This document shows, in pieces, positions 19,163-28,316 of a DNA stretch of 64,000 bases. Below the pieces are notes generated by a model. It ran no database searches. It saw only the letters and a list, made by a program, of their open reading frames with translations, and was not told where the DNA came from. This DNA is from an uncultured delta proteobacterium (GTDB lineage Bacteria; Desulfobacterota; Syntrophia; Syntrophales; Smithellaceae). Location: the NCBI GenBank assembly GCA_963753975.1, contig CAVWEH010000005.1:288001-352000 (forward strand), read 5' to 3'. Numbering within the stretch: position 1 is the first letter of the stretch; each line of letters opens with the position of its first letter. Both the position numbers and the translations under genes were made by a program.

Positions 19163-21379
19163 ATGAAGACAAGTAAATATCTAATCATCGGATTAATTTT
19201 TCTACTTCTTTCTGCAGCCATTATTTTTTCTGCAAAGCTAACCGTTTTATTTTTTCCGACCCAGGAAGTTGAATTAAAAGGAAACTTTGAATTAGGAGCT
19301 TTGACAAAAAAGTTTGTAATTACCCAGGAAGTCACGATGACAAAGGAATACCTGACAGCCGTAGAGTTGGCCATGGTTTCTTCTGGTGTGTCATATCTGA
19401 ATGAAAATACGCTTATGGTGCTGGATACCAATTATAAGACGCTCTATGTCCAGCGCTTCACCAATGAAAATTTGGATAGACCCCAATATAAGCTCTTTAA
19501 ATTTCCAGAAAAGATCCATGTGGGAAAGAGAAAGAAAGTAATTCTCTGTTTATCCACCGAAACCGGCGACAAAGATAACCATCTGGCTGTACCGAGAATG
19601 CCGACAGGAAAATTAGGGAAACTTTTAGTGAGGCAAGTTGTCAATGAAGATGTGATCGGAACCTTAAAAGGCACTGGGCAGGTTTTTCCGATAGAAGGTA
19701 GTTTATGTATGCGGACATATGAATCGAATTTTGGTTCTGTAAATTGGTTTAAAATCTTTCTTTTCTTTTTGGCCTCAATTCTGGCTTTACTTATAGTGTT
19801 TGCAGAAAAATCCCAGTCATTCGTCGTTCAATTGACCTTTGTACCGGAAAAAATTTATGTTGTTTTGGCATTGGTTTTTGGATTGTCATTGGTATTTATC
19901 ACACCTCCACTTCAGGTCCCTGACGAACACGACCATCTTAACAGGGCATACCAGCTTGCGGAATTCAATGTTTTTCAATTTGACTCTACCGTTCCTGCTT
20001 CGCTTATAAAATTGTTTGATACCTTCGAGGGAATGAATTTCAATCCCTTGGAAAAAACAAATATTAATGAAATCCTTTCTCAGAGAGAGGTAAAATTAAA
20101 TCCACAAGTCAGATCAGCAATACTTGCTCGTGGCTTTATTTTCCCTTACTTTCCCCAAGCATTAGGGATGTTCATTGGAAAAATGTTTAACTGTTCACCT
20201 GTAATACTTTTATACATGGGAAGAATTTTTAACCTGTTGTTTTCCATTGTGCTTATTTTTTTCGCGATCCGAACCGCGCCTTTTTTAAAATGGACTTTTT
20301 TTCTACTGGGGCTCATGCCCATGACTTTATTTTTATGTGCTTCTTTATCCAAAGACGCGATGATCATCAGCCTCTCCTTTTTGTTGATTGCTCTTTTCCT
20401 TCGGTTTGCCTATGATCAGGCCAAGAAAATCAGCACTAAGGATTTGGTTATTTTATTTGCCGTCTCTTTTTTGGTGGCAACCTCCAGATCCATTTATGCC
20501 ATATTAATAGGAATGTTTTTTTTAATTCCTGTATACCGGATAGGGCCTTTAAAAAAATACACCGTTATCTTCATGAGTTTAGTAATTACTGTTTTTCTGG
20601 CAACTCAAATCGAAACCCTCAAGCCGCTTTTTCAACCCAAAACTGCTAACTCGACAAAGCCAACTATGAATTTTACGTTATCCCCAGATGCACTTTCAAC
20701 TCCGGCACCAACACCAACTCCGATTGAGAATTTCCAGCGATCTGATCGAAACAAGATCCCTGAAGGAATAAATTCCATTGAACAAAAACGCTTTATCCTG
20801 AATAACCCCATCCAATACATGGGAATTGTATTTAACTCGGTTTTTATTTCCCAAGGAGCTTTTCAACTGGATAGTTTTATCGGTATTCTAGGTTGGTTGA
20901 ATAAGCCCTTGCCAAAATGGCTGATCAATTTCTATTTATTGATATTAATCATCACAGCGATGCTGCTTTCCAATAACGATATTAAAATTGGATTGACTAA
21001 TAAACTAATTATTCTAGCCATCTTTACCGCTGGGGTGATATTAATCGAAACTGGTCTTTATTTAACTTGGAATCCGGTCGGGCAAAACTACATCATGGAT
21101 GTTCAAGGAAGATACTTTATTCCTTATGCCCCGCTCTTTTTCGCTTTACTATATAATACTTTTTGGGGACAATATTTGAACACCATCTTTACGCCACGCA
21201 AAAAGAAACAGGTTAAAATCAAACGAAAAAGCACGCTAAAGCCGGGTTCCTTGGTGCAGAATAATAGGCAAATTATCCTATACAATTTCTCCTATTTACT
21301 AATCGTCTGTTTTTCTGTTATTTCTTTATTATCTACTGTTTATGTAGTTTTAGCAGGTTACTATATTGTTTTAATTTAG
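19163..21379 (+). CDS. DUF2142-like polytopic membrane protein (putative GT-C) with extra N-terminal soluble domain
   Basis: TPPLQVPDEHDH..RAY, LMPMTLF..AS.S.D, VQGRYFIP motifs. Confidence 0.7.
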   Translation: MKTSKYLIIGLIFLLLSAAIIFSAKLTVLFFPTQEVELKGNFELGALTKKFVITQEVTMTKEYLTAVELAMVSSGVSYLNENTLMVLDTNYKTLYVQRFTNENLDRPQYKLFKFPEKIHVGKRKKVILCLSTETGDKDNHLAVPRMPTGKLGKLLVRQVVNEDVIGTLKGTGQVFPIEGSLCMRTYESNFGSVNWFKIFLFFLASILALLIVFAEKSQSFVVQLTFVPEKIYVVLALVFGLSLVFITPPLQVPDEHDHLNRAYQLAEFNVFQFDSTVPASLIKLFDTFEGMNFNPLEKTNINEILSQREVKLNPQVRSAILARGFIFPYFPQALGMFIGKMFNCSPVILLYMGRIFNLLFSIVLIFFAIRTAPFLKWTFFLLGLMPMTLFLCASLSKDAMIISLSFLLIALFLRFAYDQAKKISTKDLVILFAVSFLVATSRSIYAILIGMFFLIPVYRIGPLKKYTVIFMSLVITVFLATQIETLKPLFQPKTANSTKPTMNFTLSPDALSTPAPTPTPIENFQRSDRNKIPEGINSIEQKRFILNNPIQYMGIVFNSVFISQGAFQLDSFIGILGWLNKPLPKWLINFYLLILIITAMLLSNNDIKIGLTNKLIILAIFTAGVILIETGLYLTWNPVGQNYIMDVQGRYFIPYAPLFFALLYNTFWGQYLNTIFTPRKKKQVKIKRKSTLKPGSLVQNNRQIILYNFSYLLIVCFSVISLLSTVYVVLAGYYIVLI

Positions 21380-21697
21380 GCTGAATAATTTATGGCATCG
21401 CTGACAATTCTTTTGCCCCGACTTTACTTCCGATATAGATGGTTTGACTACCCATGAATGGTGATCACCTCTATCGAGACACCCAATACCCCGGAAATAC
21501 CAACATCTATCATGAAGGATACGAGCAATCATAATGCATCGTGAAAAAGAGCCGTGAAAGGGAAAGAGAAGGTTGTTCGAAAATCTATCCTTAAGATTTC
21601 GCTATTGGTTCTAATATTGGAATTAGTTCACTTTATTTCGAGCGTAGCTCCTACAGGAATTTTGCAAATATCTTATATTGAGTAAAGAAACACTAGC

Positions 21698-22810
21698 ATG
21701 AAATATAATCGTGAAAGAGGAAATAGCAGGTTTCGCTTTTTGGACAGGTATGTCGGCATTCTGATCATCTTTATATTAGGCTTGCTTAAGAAAAGAAGTA
21801 AACCCCTCCCAAAAAGCATAAAAAAGGTGGCTTTTTTGAAAACCGCAGGAATAGGGGATACTGCCCTCCTGTCCGCTGTTATCAGAGACTTCAAAGATGC
21901 CTATCCACATGTTCAGCTAACTTTTTTTGTCGCTTCCAATAATTATGAAATGGCACAGCTGATATCCGGAATCGATAAAATCATCAAACTCCCGGTGGCT
22001 AAACCTTTGACGTGTCTTCATATCATAAAGGAATCGGGTAAATATGATATCTGGGTTGATTTCGGCCCTTGGCCCAGGATCAATGCATTATTGTCGTGGT
22101 TTTCTAAGGCACGCCTTAAAGTTGGCTTCAAGACAAAAGGCCAGTACCGACATTACATATATGATTTAACTGTAGAACATTCCGCCCATCTGCATGAATT
22201 AGACAATTACAAAAACCTGCTGAAACAGCTAGGTTTAGATTGCCATAATCTCCCGTCTATCAACATGCAGATTCAGGAATGTAGTAATAACAGAATCATC
22301 ATTCACATGTTTCCCGGCGGGTCTCGATCATATTTAAAAGAATGGCCTGATGCAAATTGGATAGAAATTATAGATCAATTAACAGCACATCATTATGAAG
22401 TATTCCTTACGGGCGCGAAAATTGATCGTGAAAAAGCGGAGCAAATCAAAGCACAAATAGCGAACAGGGGCAGCGTCAATATTGTTGCCGGAACACTTAA
22501 TTTAAAACAAACCGCTGAACTCCTGAAATCATCAATGCTGGTAATCAGTGTAGATACCGGTATCATGCATTTAGCCTCCGCCCTAGGGTGCAACCTCATT
22601 GCCTTACATGGCCCTACGTCGGCCAAACGATGGGGTCCCCTGGACGCAAATGCAATTTCTTTGCAAAGTGGCCTGCAATGTTCTCCTTGCCTCAACCTGG
22701 GTTTTGAGAGCCGGTGTCGGACGAACTCCTGCATGAAATCCATTACTACCACAGCACTCATGGATGCCACAAAAAAATTCTGCCCGTCTGAGTTATCCTT
22801 AAATGTGTAA
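21698..22810 (+). CDS. GT9 LPS heptosyltransferase-family protein
   Basis: GIGD, KEWP, SVDTGIMHLASALG..LHGPT..WGP. Confidence 0.88.
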   Translation: MKYNRERGNSRFRFLDRYVGILIIFILGLLKKRSKPLPKSIKKVAFLKTAGIGDTALLSAVIRDFKDAYPHVQLTFFVASNNYEMAQLISGIDKIIKLPVAKPLTCLHIIKESGKYDIWVDFGPWPRINALLSWFSKARLKVGFKTKGQYRHYIYDLTVEHSAHLHELDNYKNLLKQLGLDCHNLPSINMQIQECSNNRIIIHMFPGGSRSYLKEWPDANWIEIIDQLTAHHYEVFLTGAKIDREKAEQIKAQIANRGSVNIVAGTLNLKQTAELLKSSMLVISVDTGIMHLASALGCNLIALHGPTSAKRWGPLDANAISLQSGLQCSPCLNLGFESRCRTNSCMKSITTTALMDATKKFCPSELSLNV

Positions 22811-22986
22811 TGGCTTTATTGTATTCTATGGAATTCAAGAAATCAATTTTGGTAAAGCTCATGTTGGTGTCCATTTGTCTATATCCCATATTATCTTCTT
22901 CAATCACCTAAACTTTAGAGGAATTATGTCAGAAAATAACCTTCAAATCAATCAATATTGATAATTATATCAATATATTAGTGTTG

Positions 22987-23468
22987 ACTACAATTTATTA
23001 CCGTAAATATGAGGATCACAGGTATAACGCCAAAGCAAGCTTTGGAAACATTTCGTAGCAAGCTGCGGGGTATTATACCCTCCGCATCGCGGGATAATTC
23101 GACCTCCAGTCTCAGCGGTGACGTGACCTTTAGGTTATGCACTCTGCTTCTGAAACTTGGGTATCATTGAAATAGTCCCACTTAGCTTCGCACGTGGGAT
23201 AATTTCCAATAGCCACCAGCTATTGGATAATTCGGCTAAAAAACTTCAATGCGCCTATAATGACCTTTAGGTTATTTGCTTTTGAAGTTTTAGTCTCATT
23301 ACAACTGACAGATATTACTGTACTGCGTTTGTGGAGCACCTCCGGAAGAAGCCGAAGGCTATTTTCAAAGACGCGACATCCCGTAACGGGATAATATCTG
23401 AGTTTCATTGGAATTGGAAGTTCACCAATAAAAAAGTTGAAGTTGCTGATTAGTTGTGCAAAAGTCTC
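22987..23468 (+). repeat. Long copy of junction repeat (other copies 34803-34871 and 50000-50197)
   Basis: Shared 5' block TATT.C.GTAA.TATGAGGAT and 3' block ATAAA.AAGTTGAA.TTG.TG.TTAGTTGTG.AAA.GT; internal hairpins. Confidence 0.75.
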
Positions 23469-23518
23469 GTATGATGAATAATAATATAACCGCACTAAAA
23501 TAATACAGAGGTGATTGA

Positions 23519-23878
23519 GTGCAAGTGAATCCTCATGCCGGGCGTCCAACGTCGCCTATGTCCTTGTTGCGTAGTCTCTGGCGCAACCGCCAACTCATCG
23601 CGCAAATGACCAAGCGCGAAGTAGTCGGTCGTTACAAGGGCTCGGTCCTGGGTATCGCCTGGTCATTCTTCAATCCCTTGATCATGCTTACCATCTATAC
23701 ATTTGTGTTCTCAGTTGTTTTCAAAGCCCGCTGGAATGTAAGTACTGATGAGACTAAAACGCAGTTTGCCATTGTGCTGTTTGTGGGCATGATCGTCCAT
23801 GGCCTTTTTGCCGAGGTGATCAACCGCGCACCAACGCTAATTACCTCTTTTGTAGAAGTGAGAAAATGCATCTTTTAA
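23519..23878 (+). pseudogene. wzm: Truncated duplicate of the wzm 5' end
   Basis: 23501-23848 matches 43399-43746 with 5 substitutions by eye; the ORF then runs into the pstS-like start. Confidence 0.85.
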
Positions 23879-24837
23879 AAAATACATTATTGAGTCGAAC
23901 TGTTCTCCTGATGATTTTATTTACCCTCTGTACTTGTGGACCGGGTGGCGATAAAGATAATAAAAAAAACAGTTCTCCGGGTACCATTCGCATATCGGGG
24001 GCTTGGGCGCTCTATCCCATGATGATTCGCTGGGCTGACGAATATAAAAAAACTCATCCGGGCTGTCAAATCGATGTCACTGCGGGCGGCGCCGGCAAAG
24101 GAGTAGCTGAAGCCCTTACAGGTCTGGTAGATATAGGCATGGTCTCCCGGGATATCAAACCCGAAGAAATACAGCGAGGCGCTAAATATATCCCTGTTGT
24201 CAAAGATGCTGTTTTCCCAATCATGAATGCGAACAATCCTGTCGCACGGGAAATGATGTTTAGGGGACTTACGAAGAAGCAATTCATCGGCCTTTGGATA
24301 GAGGGGAAAACGTTCACCTGGGGAGAATTAGCAAGTGTTACAAATGCTGCTATTGTTAATGTTTATACACGCTCTGATTCCTGTGGGGCAGCGGAAACAT
24401 GGGCGGCCTATCTGGGAAAACACCAGGAAGAGCTCCAGGGTGTAGGTGTTTATGGCGATCCCGGCATCACGGAAGCGGTAAAAAAAGACACGCTGGGTGT
24501 TGGATATAATAATCTGAACTATGCTTATGATATGAAAACGGGACTTCCGCAGAAAGGTGTCCGAATTATTCCCATCGACATCAATGAAAACGGACGGATT
24601 GATCCTGAAGAAGATGTAAGCACCAAAGAAAAAGCAATCCATGCAGTCCGTAAAGGACGCTACCCTTCGCCTCCGGCGCGCGACCTGAATATTGTTGTCA
24701 AAGGAAAATTTTCCGGAGCGGTTCGGGAATTTGTCCTCTGGATATTGAATGATGGGCAACAGTTCGTAGACGAAGTAGGCTATATCAAGCTCACTGATGC
24801 CCAAATCCAAGAAGCCTTCAGGAAGGTAAAAAATTGA
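23866..24837 (+). CDS. PstS-family oxyanion-binding lipoprotein, divergent (possibly sulfate-binding)
   Basis: Lipobox-like LCTC; PstS-type blocks SGAWALYP, GGAGKG, DIGMVSR, RSDSCGA; followed by pstC/A/B-like genes. Confidence 0.8.
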   Translation: MHLLKNTLLSRTVLLMILFTLCTCGPGGDKDNKKNSSPGTIRISGAWALYPMMIRWADEYKKTHPGCQIDVTAGGAGKGVAEALTGLVDIGMVSRDIKPEEIQRGAKYIPVVKDAVFPIMNANNPVAREMMFRGLTKKQFIGLWIEGKTFTWGELASVTNAAIVNVYTRSDSCGAAETWAAYLGKHQEELQGVGVYGDPGITEAVKKDTLGVGYNNLNYAYDMKTGLPQKGVRIIPIDINENGRIDPEEDVSTKEKAIHAVRKGRYPSPPARDLNIVVKGKFSGAVREFVLWILNDGQQFVDEVGYIKLTDAQIQEAFRKVKN

Positions 24838-25733
24838 AGAAAATTATTTACAGAAATATAAAAAGCGTCGGCGCCGGAGCGCTGATCCGTTTTTCCCTTT
24901 TTCTGCTTTACGGGATTGCGTTCCTGATCCTGGTTATCATCGCAGTCAAAGCCGCACCGATTCTGAACTCAATATCTCTGAAGCAACTGCTGTTCTCATC
25001 GGTCTGGCATCCTGAACAGGGGCAATTCGGTTTTTTACCTTTCATTTTTGGCTCGCTTGCCGTCACCGCCCTTGCCATGACCTTTGCAATACCTATCTGT
25101 TTGATGAGCACCGTTTATATTACGGAATACATGAATCATCGTCTGCGCAAATGGATTCGTTTGTCGATTGATATTCTAGCTGGTATTCCTTCCGTTATTT
25201 TCGGCCTCTTCGGTGTGTTGGCGATTGTGCCGGCGGTCCGGTTGCTTGGCGAATTGACCGGCAGACCCAGCACCGGATATAGCCTCCTGGCTGCAGGTAT
25301 TATCTTGGCATTGATGGTGAGCCCATTTATTATTTCTTTGTCCATTGAAGTGCTGACAAACGTTCCCGGAGAAGTAAGGGAAAGCGCCATTTCCTTAGGA
25401 GCTACTCGATGGGAAGTTATTTGGCATGTCCTGCTGAAAACAGCATGGCCGGGAATTGTTGCTGCCGTTGTCCTTGGTTTGGCCAGGGCTATTGGCGAAA
25501 CGATGGCTGTGATGATGGTAGCGGGCAACGTTGCCAAGATTTCCGGTCATCTGCTTGATCCTGTATATCCTTTACCGGCTCTGATTGCCAACAACTATGG
25601 AGAGATGATGTCGATTCCGAAATATGACTCGGCTCTGATGTTTGCCGCTTTAATCCTTATGGTGATAGTTGGAGGGTTCAGCTTTGCTGCTTACATGATT
25701 CTTCCCCGAATGCACAGGAGATATTCTTTTTAA
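24834..25733 (+). CDS. pstC: PstC-family ABC permease
   Basis: LAGIPSVIFGLFG, SLGATRWE, ARAIGETMAV.MVAGN. Confidence 0.85.
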   Translation: MKKIIYRNIKSVGAGALIRFSLFLLYGIAFLILVIIAVKAAPILNSISLKQLLFSSVWHPEQGQFGFLPFIFGSLAVTALAMTFAIPICLMSTVYITEYMNHRLRKWIRLSIDILAGIPSVIFGLFGVLAIVPAVRLLGELTGRPSTGYSLLAAGIILALMVSPFIISLSIEVLTNVPGEVRESAISLGATRWEVIWHVLLKTAWPGIVAAVVLGLARAIGETMAVMMVAGNVAKISGHLLDPVYPLPALIANNYGEMMSIPKYDSALMFAALILMVIVGGFSFAAYMILPRMHRRYSF

Positions 25734-26579
25734 ATGCTAAATCGTAAACAGCAAGAGATTTTTTTTAAGAGGTTGATGCAGCTTTCCTTGATTCTACTGC
25801 TTGGTCTGCTTGGCGGCATTGTTCTTGTGATATTACTCAGGGGGGCTTCCGCACTTAGTGTCTCCATGCTTATTGACACGCCAAAAGGAGGATATTACCT
25901 TGGTGGTGAAGGAGGGATTGCCAATGCAATTGCCGGTTCGCTGTGTCTTGCTTTTGGAGCATCTATATTAGCGCTGCTTTTCAGTCTGCCGGTTGCCTTT
26001 GCCTTGCAAAAAGAATATGCCAGTTCCCGCCTTGCCGCTATAAGCCGAATCGTCCTGGATGTCCTGTGGGGAACCCCTTCCATTGTTTACGGCGCTGTTG
26101 GCTTTGTGGTAATGGTCTATTTCGGTATTCGTGCCTCTCTGCTGGGCGGGATCTTCGTGCTGACCCTTCTGACCATGCCCATTATGATCCGCTCGATGGA
26201 AGAGATATTACACCTGGCTCCCAGGGAATTAAAGGAAATTGCCGTCTCGCTGGGCACGACGCGGTTGGAAACCGCCTGGATAGTTTTCAGGCAGGTTATT
26301 CCCGGTATAGTTACGGCCGTTATTCTCGCTTTCGGCCGGGCTATCGGAGATGCCGCATCAATCCTCTTTACGTCCGGATACACAGATAGTATGCCGCGCT
26401 CCCTGCTGGATCCGGTTGCTTCTTTACCGTTGGCCATCTTTTTCCAGATTGGAACACCCATCCCGGAAGTACAGGAACGGGCTTATGCTGCCGCGCTGGT
26501 TTTGCTTTTGATTGTCCTTATAGTCAATATTGCGGCAAGGATACTGAGTGAACGTTTCTCCAAGCACGTTATCCACTAG
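25734..26579 (+). CDS. pstA: PstA-family ABC permease
   Basis: GTPSIVYG, SLGTTR, FGRAIGDAA, AYAAALVL. Confidence 0.85.
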   Translation: MLNRKQQEIFFKRLMQLSLILLLGLLGGIVLVILLRGASALSVSMLIDTPKGGYYLGGEGGIANAIAGSLCLAFGASILALLFSLPVAFALQKEYASSRLAAISRIVLDVLWGTPSIVYGAVGFVVMVYFGIRASLLGGIFVLTLLTMPIMIRSMEEILHLAPRELKEIAVSLGTTRLETAWIVFRQVIPGIVTAVILAFGRAIGDAASILFTSGYTDSMPRSLLDPVASLPLAIFFQIGTPIPEVQERAYAAALVLLLIVLIVNIAARILSERFSKHVIH

Positions 26580-26590
26580 AAAATTAAATT

Positions 26591-27388
26591 ATGCCGCATA
26601 TACAATTACATAATCTATCTGTTCACTACGGCAATTTCCAAGTGCTCAACCAGATCACTCTCAATATTCCCGACCGCCAGATTGTGGCTATTATCGGTCC
26701 CTCCGGTTGCGGTAAAACGACATTGCTCAAGAGCATGAACCGGCTGCTGGATCTCTATGAAGAAGCAACACTAACCGGATCGGTAGTCATTGATGGAATA
26801 GATATTTATAATCCAGATGCCGATATTCTTGCCTTGCGGAAAAAGGTTGGTTTTCTTTCCCAGCGGCCTTATCCGCTACCTATGTCGATTTACAACAATG
26901 TCGCTTTCGGACCGAAGATTCACGGACTAAACGGCAAGGCAATATCCAAAAATTCAGCAACACCAATTTCCCAAAGTGCCGAATCCACAATAGATTATTG
27001 TGTCGAACACTATTTGCAACTTGCCGGTCTCTGGGACGAGGTGAAGGACCGCTTACATAGTCCTGCAGCGAAACTTTCCATTGGTCAGTTGCAGCGTCTG
27101 GCACTGGCCAGAACCCTGGCTGTGGAACCGGAGGTTATCCTCGCTGATGAACCCACCTCGGCATTAGATCCAATTTCCGCCAAGATTGTAGAGTCCCAGT
27201 TTAGAATCTTAAAACAGGACTATACCATTGTTGTTGTGACCCATATCCTTCGCCAGGCAAGACGCCTTGCCGATTACGTGGTTTTTATGTTTATGGGTGA
27301 AGTGGTGGAGTATGGACCAGCCGAAGATATATTCAATGCCCCGAAAGATGAACGGACACGGGCCTATATTTCAGGAGAAATCAGCTGA
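26591..27388 (+). CDS. pstB: PstB-family ABC ATPase
   Basis: Walker A GPSGCGKT, variant signature LSIGQLQR, ADEPTSALDP, VTH, P.DERTRAYISG. Confidence 0.88.
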   Translation: MPHIQLHNLSVHYGNFQVLNQITLNIPDRQIVAIIGPSGCGKTTLLKSMNRLLDLYEEATLTGSVVIDGIDIYNPDADILALRKKVGFLSQRPYPLPMSIYNNVAFGPKIHGLNGKAISKNSATPISQSAESTIDYCVEHYLQLAGLWDEVKDRLHSPAAKLSIGQLQRLALARTLAVEPEVILADEPTSALDPISAKIVESQFRILKQDYTIVVVTHILRQARRLADYVVFMFMGEVVEYGPAEDIFNAPKDERTRAYISGEIS

Positions 27389-27389
27389 C

Positions 27390-28316
27390 ATGTCTTTTTA
27401 TAGTATGCCTTACCTGAAGCAGCTCGAATCGGAATCCATCTATATTCTGCGGGAAGTGGCCGCGGAATTTAAAAACCCTGTTTTGCTATACTCTGTGGGT
27501 AAGGACTCCAGCGTACTGGTGCGCCTGGCTCTAAAGGCTTTTTATCCCGGCAAGATTCCATTCCCCCTGATGCATGTAGATACCGGCTTCAAGTTTCCGG
27601 AAATGTATGCCTTTAGGGATGCTTTCTGCAAGAAGCTGGATGTCCGGCTGATTGTGGAGCGCAACGAGGAGTGGATTGCCAAAGGGTGTCATCCCCTCAA
27701 GATGGGTGTTGATAAATGTTGCAGCCATCTCAAGACCGGGGCATTGCTCACAGCCATTAAAAAACATGGCTTTGATGCGGCCATCGGCGGGGCAAGAAGA
27801 GAAGAAGAAAAATCACGAGCCAAAGAACGTGTCTTTTCCCTTCGGGATGCTTTCGGTCAGTGGGATCCGAAGAATCAGCGGCCGGAGGTCTGGGATCTAT
27901 ACAATACCCGTATTAATGAAGGAGAAACAGTGCGCGTCTTTCCTCTCAGCAACTGGACAGAAAAGGATATCTGGCAGTACATCAAACTGGAAAATATACC
28001 GGTTGTGCCCATCTATTTTGCCCTGGAGCGGAAAGTCGTCCGGCGTAACGGTATTTTGATTCCACTTTCGGCAGCGTCGGTAATTGACGAACATTCTGCT
28101 GGTCATACAGGGAGCGAACCGGTGGAAACAGTGCGCTGCCGTTTCCGAAGTCTGGGATGCATTCCTTGCACTGGAGCTATTGCTTCGACAGCGACGAGCA
28201 TTGACGAGATCATTGCAGAAGTTATCATGGCCAAAAAGTCCGAGCGGGAAAACCGTGTAATCGATTTAACCAGCGATGCCTCCATGGAACAAAAGAAGAA
28301 AGAGGGATACTTTTGA
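27390..28316 (+). CDS. cysD: Sulfate adenylyltransferase subunit 2
   Basis: YSVGKDS, GGARREEEKSRAKER, WDPKNQRPE, KKKEGYF; ATG 1 nt after the pstB-like stop. Confidence 0.95.
   Translation: MSFYSMPYLKQLESESIYILREVAAEFKNPVLLYSVGKDSSVLVRLALKAFYPGKIPFPLMHVDTGFKFPEMYAFRDAFCKKLDVRLIVERNEEWIAKGCHPLKMGVDKCCSHLKTGALLTAIKKHGFDAAIGGARREEEKSRAKERVFSLRDAFGQWDPKNQRPEVWDLYNTRINEGETVRVFPLSNWTEKDIWQYIKLENIPVVPIYFALERKVVRRNGILIPLSAASVIDEHSAGHTGSEPVETVRCRFRSLGCIPCTGAIASTATSIDEIIAEVIMAKKSERENRVIDLTSDASMEQKKKEGYF

Noticed and set aside
21380..21697. Coding-like fragments in intergenic DNA (likewise 37281-37548 and 8221-8346)
   Set aside because: No family could be assigned without a BLASTX search
23220..23549. 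109-aa minus-strand ORF (likewise 3078..3266, 17839..18030 and 49836..50159)
   Set aside because: They lie over non-coding repeat elements and show no transposase or other motifs
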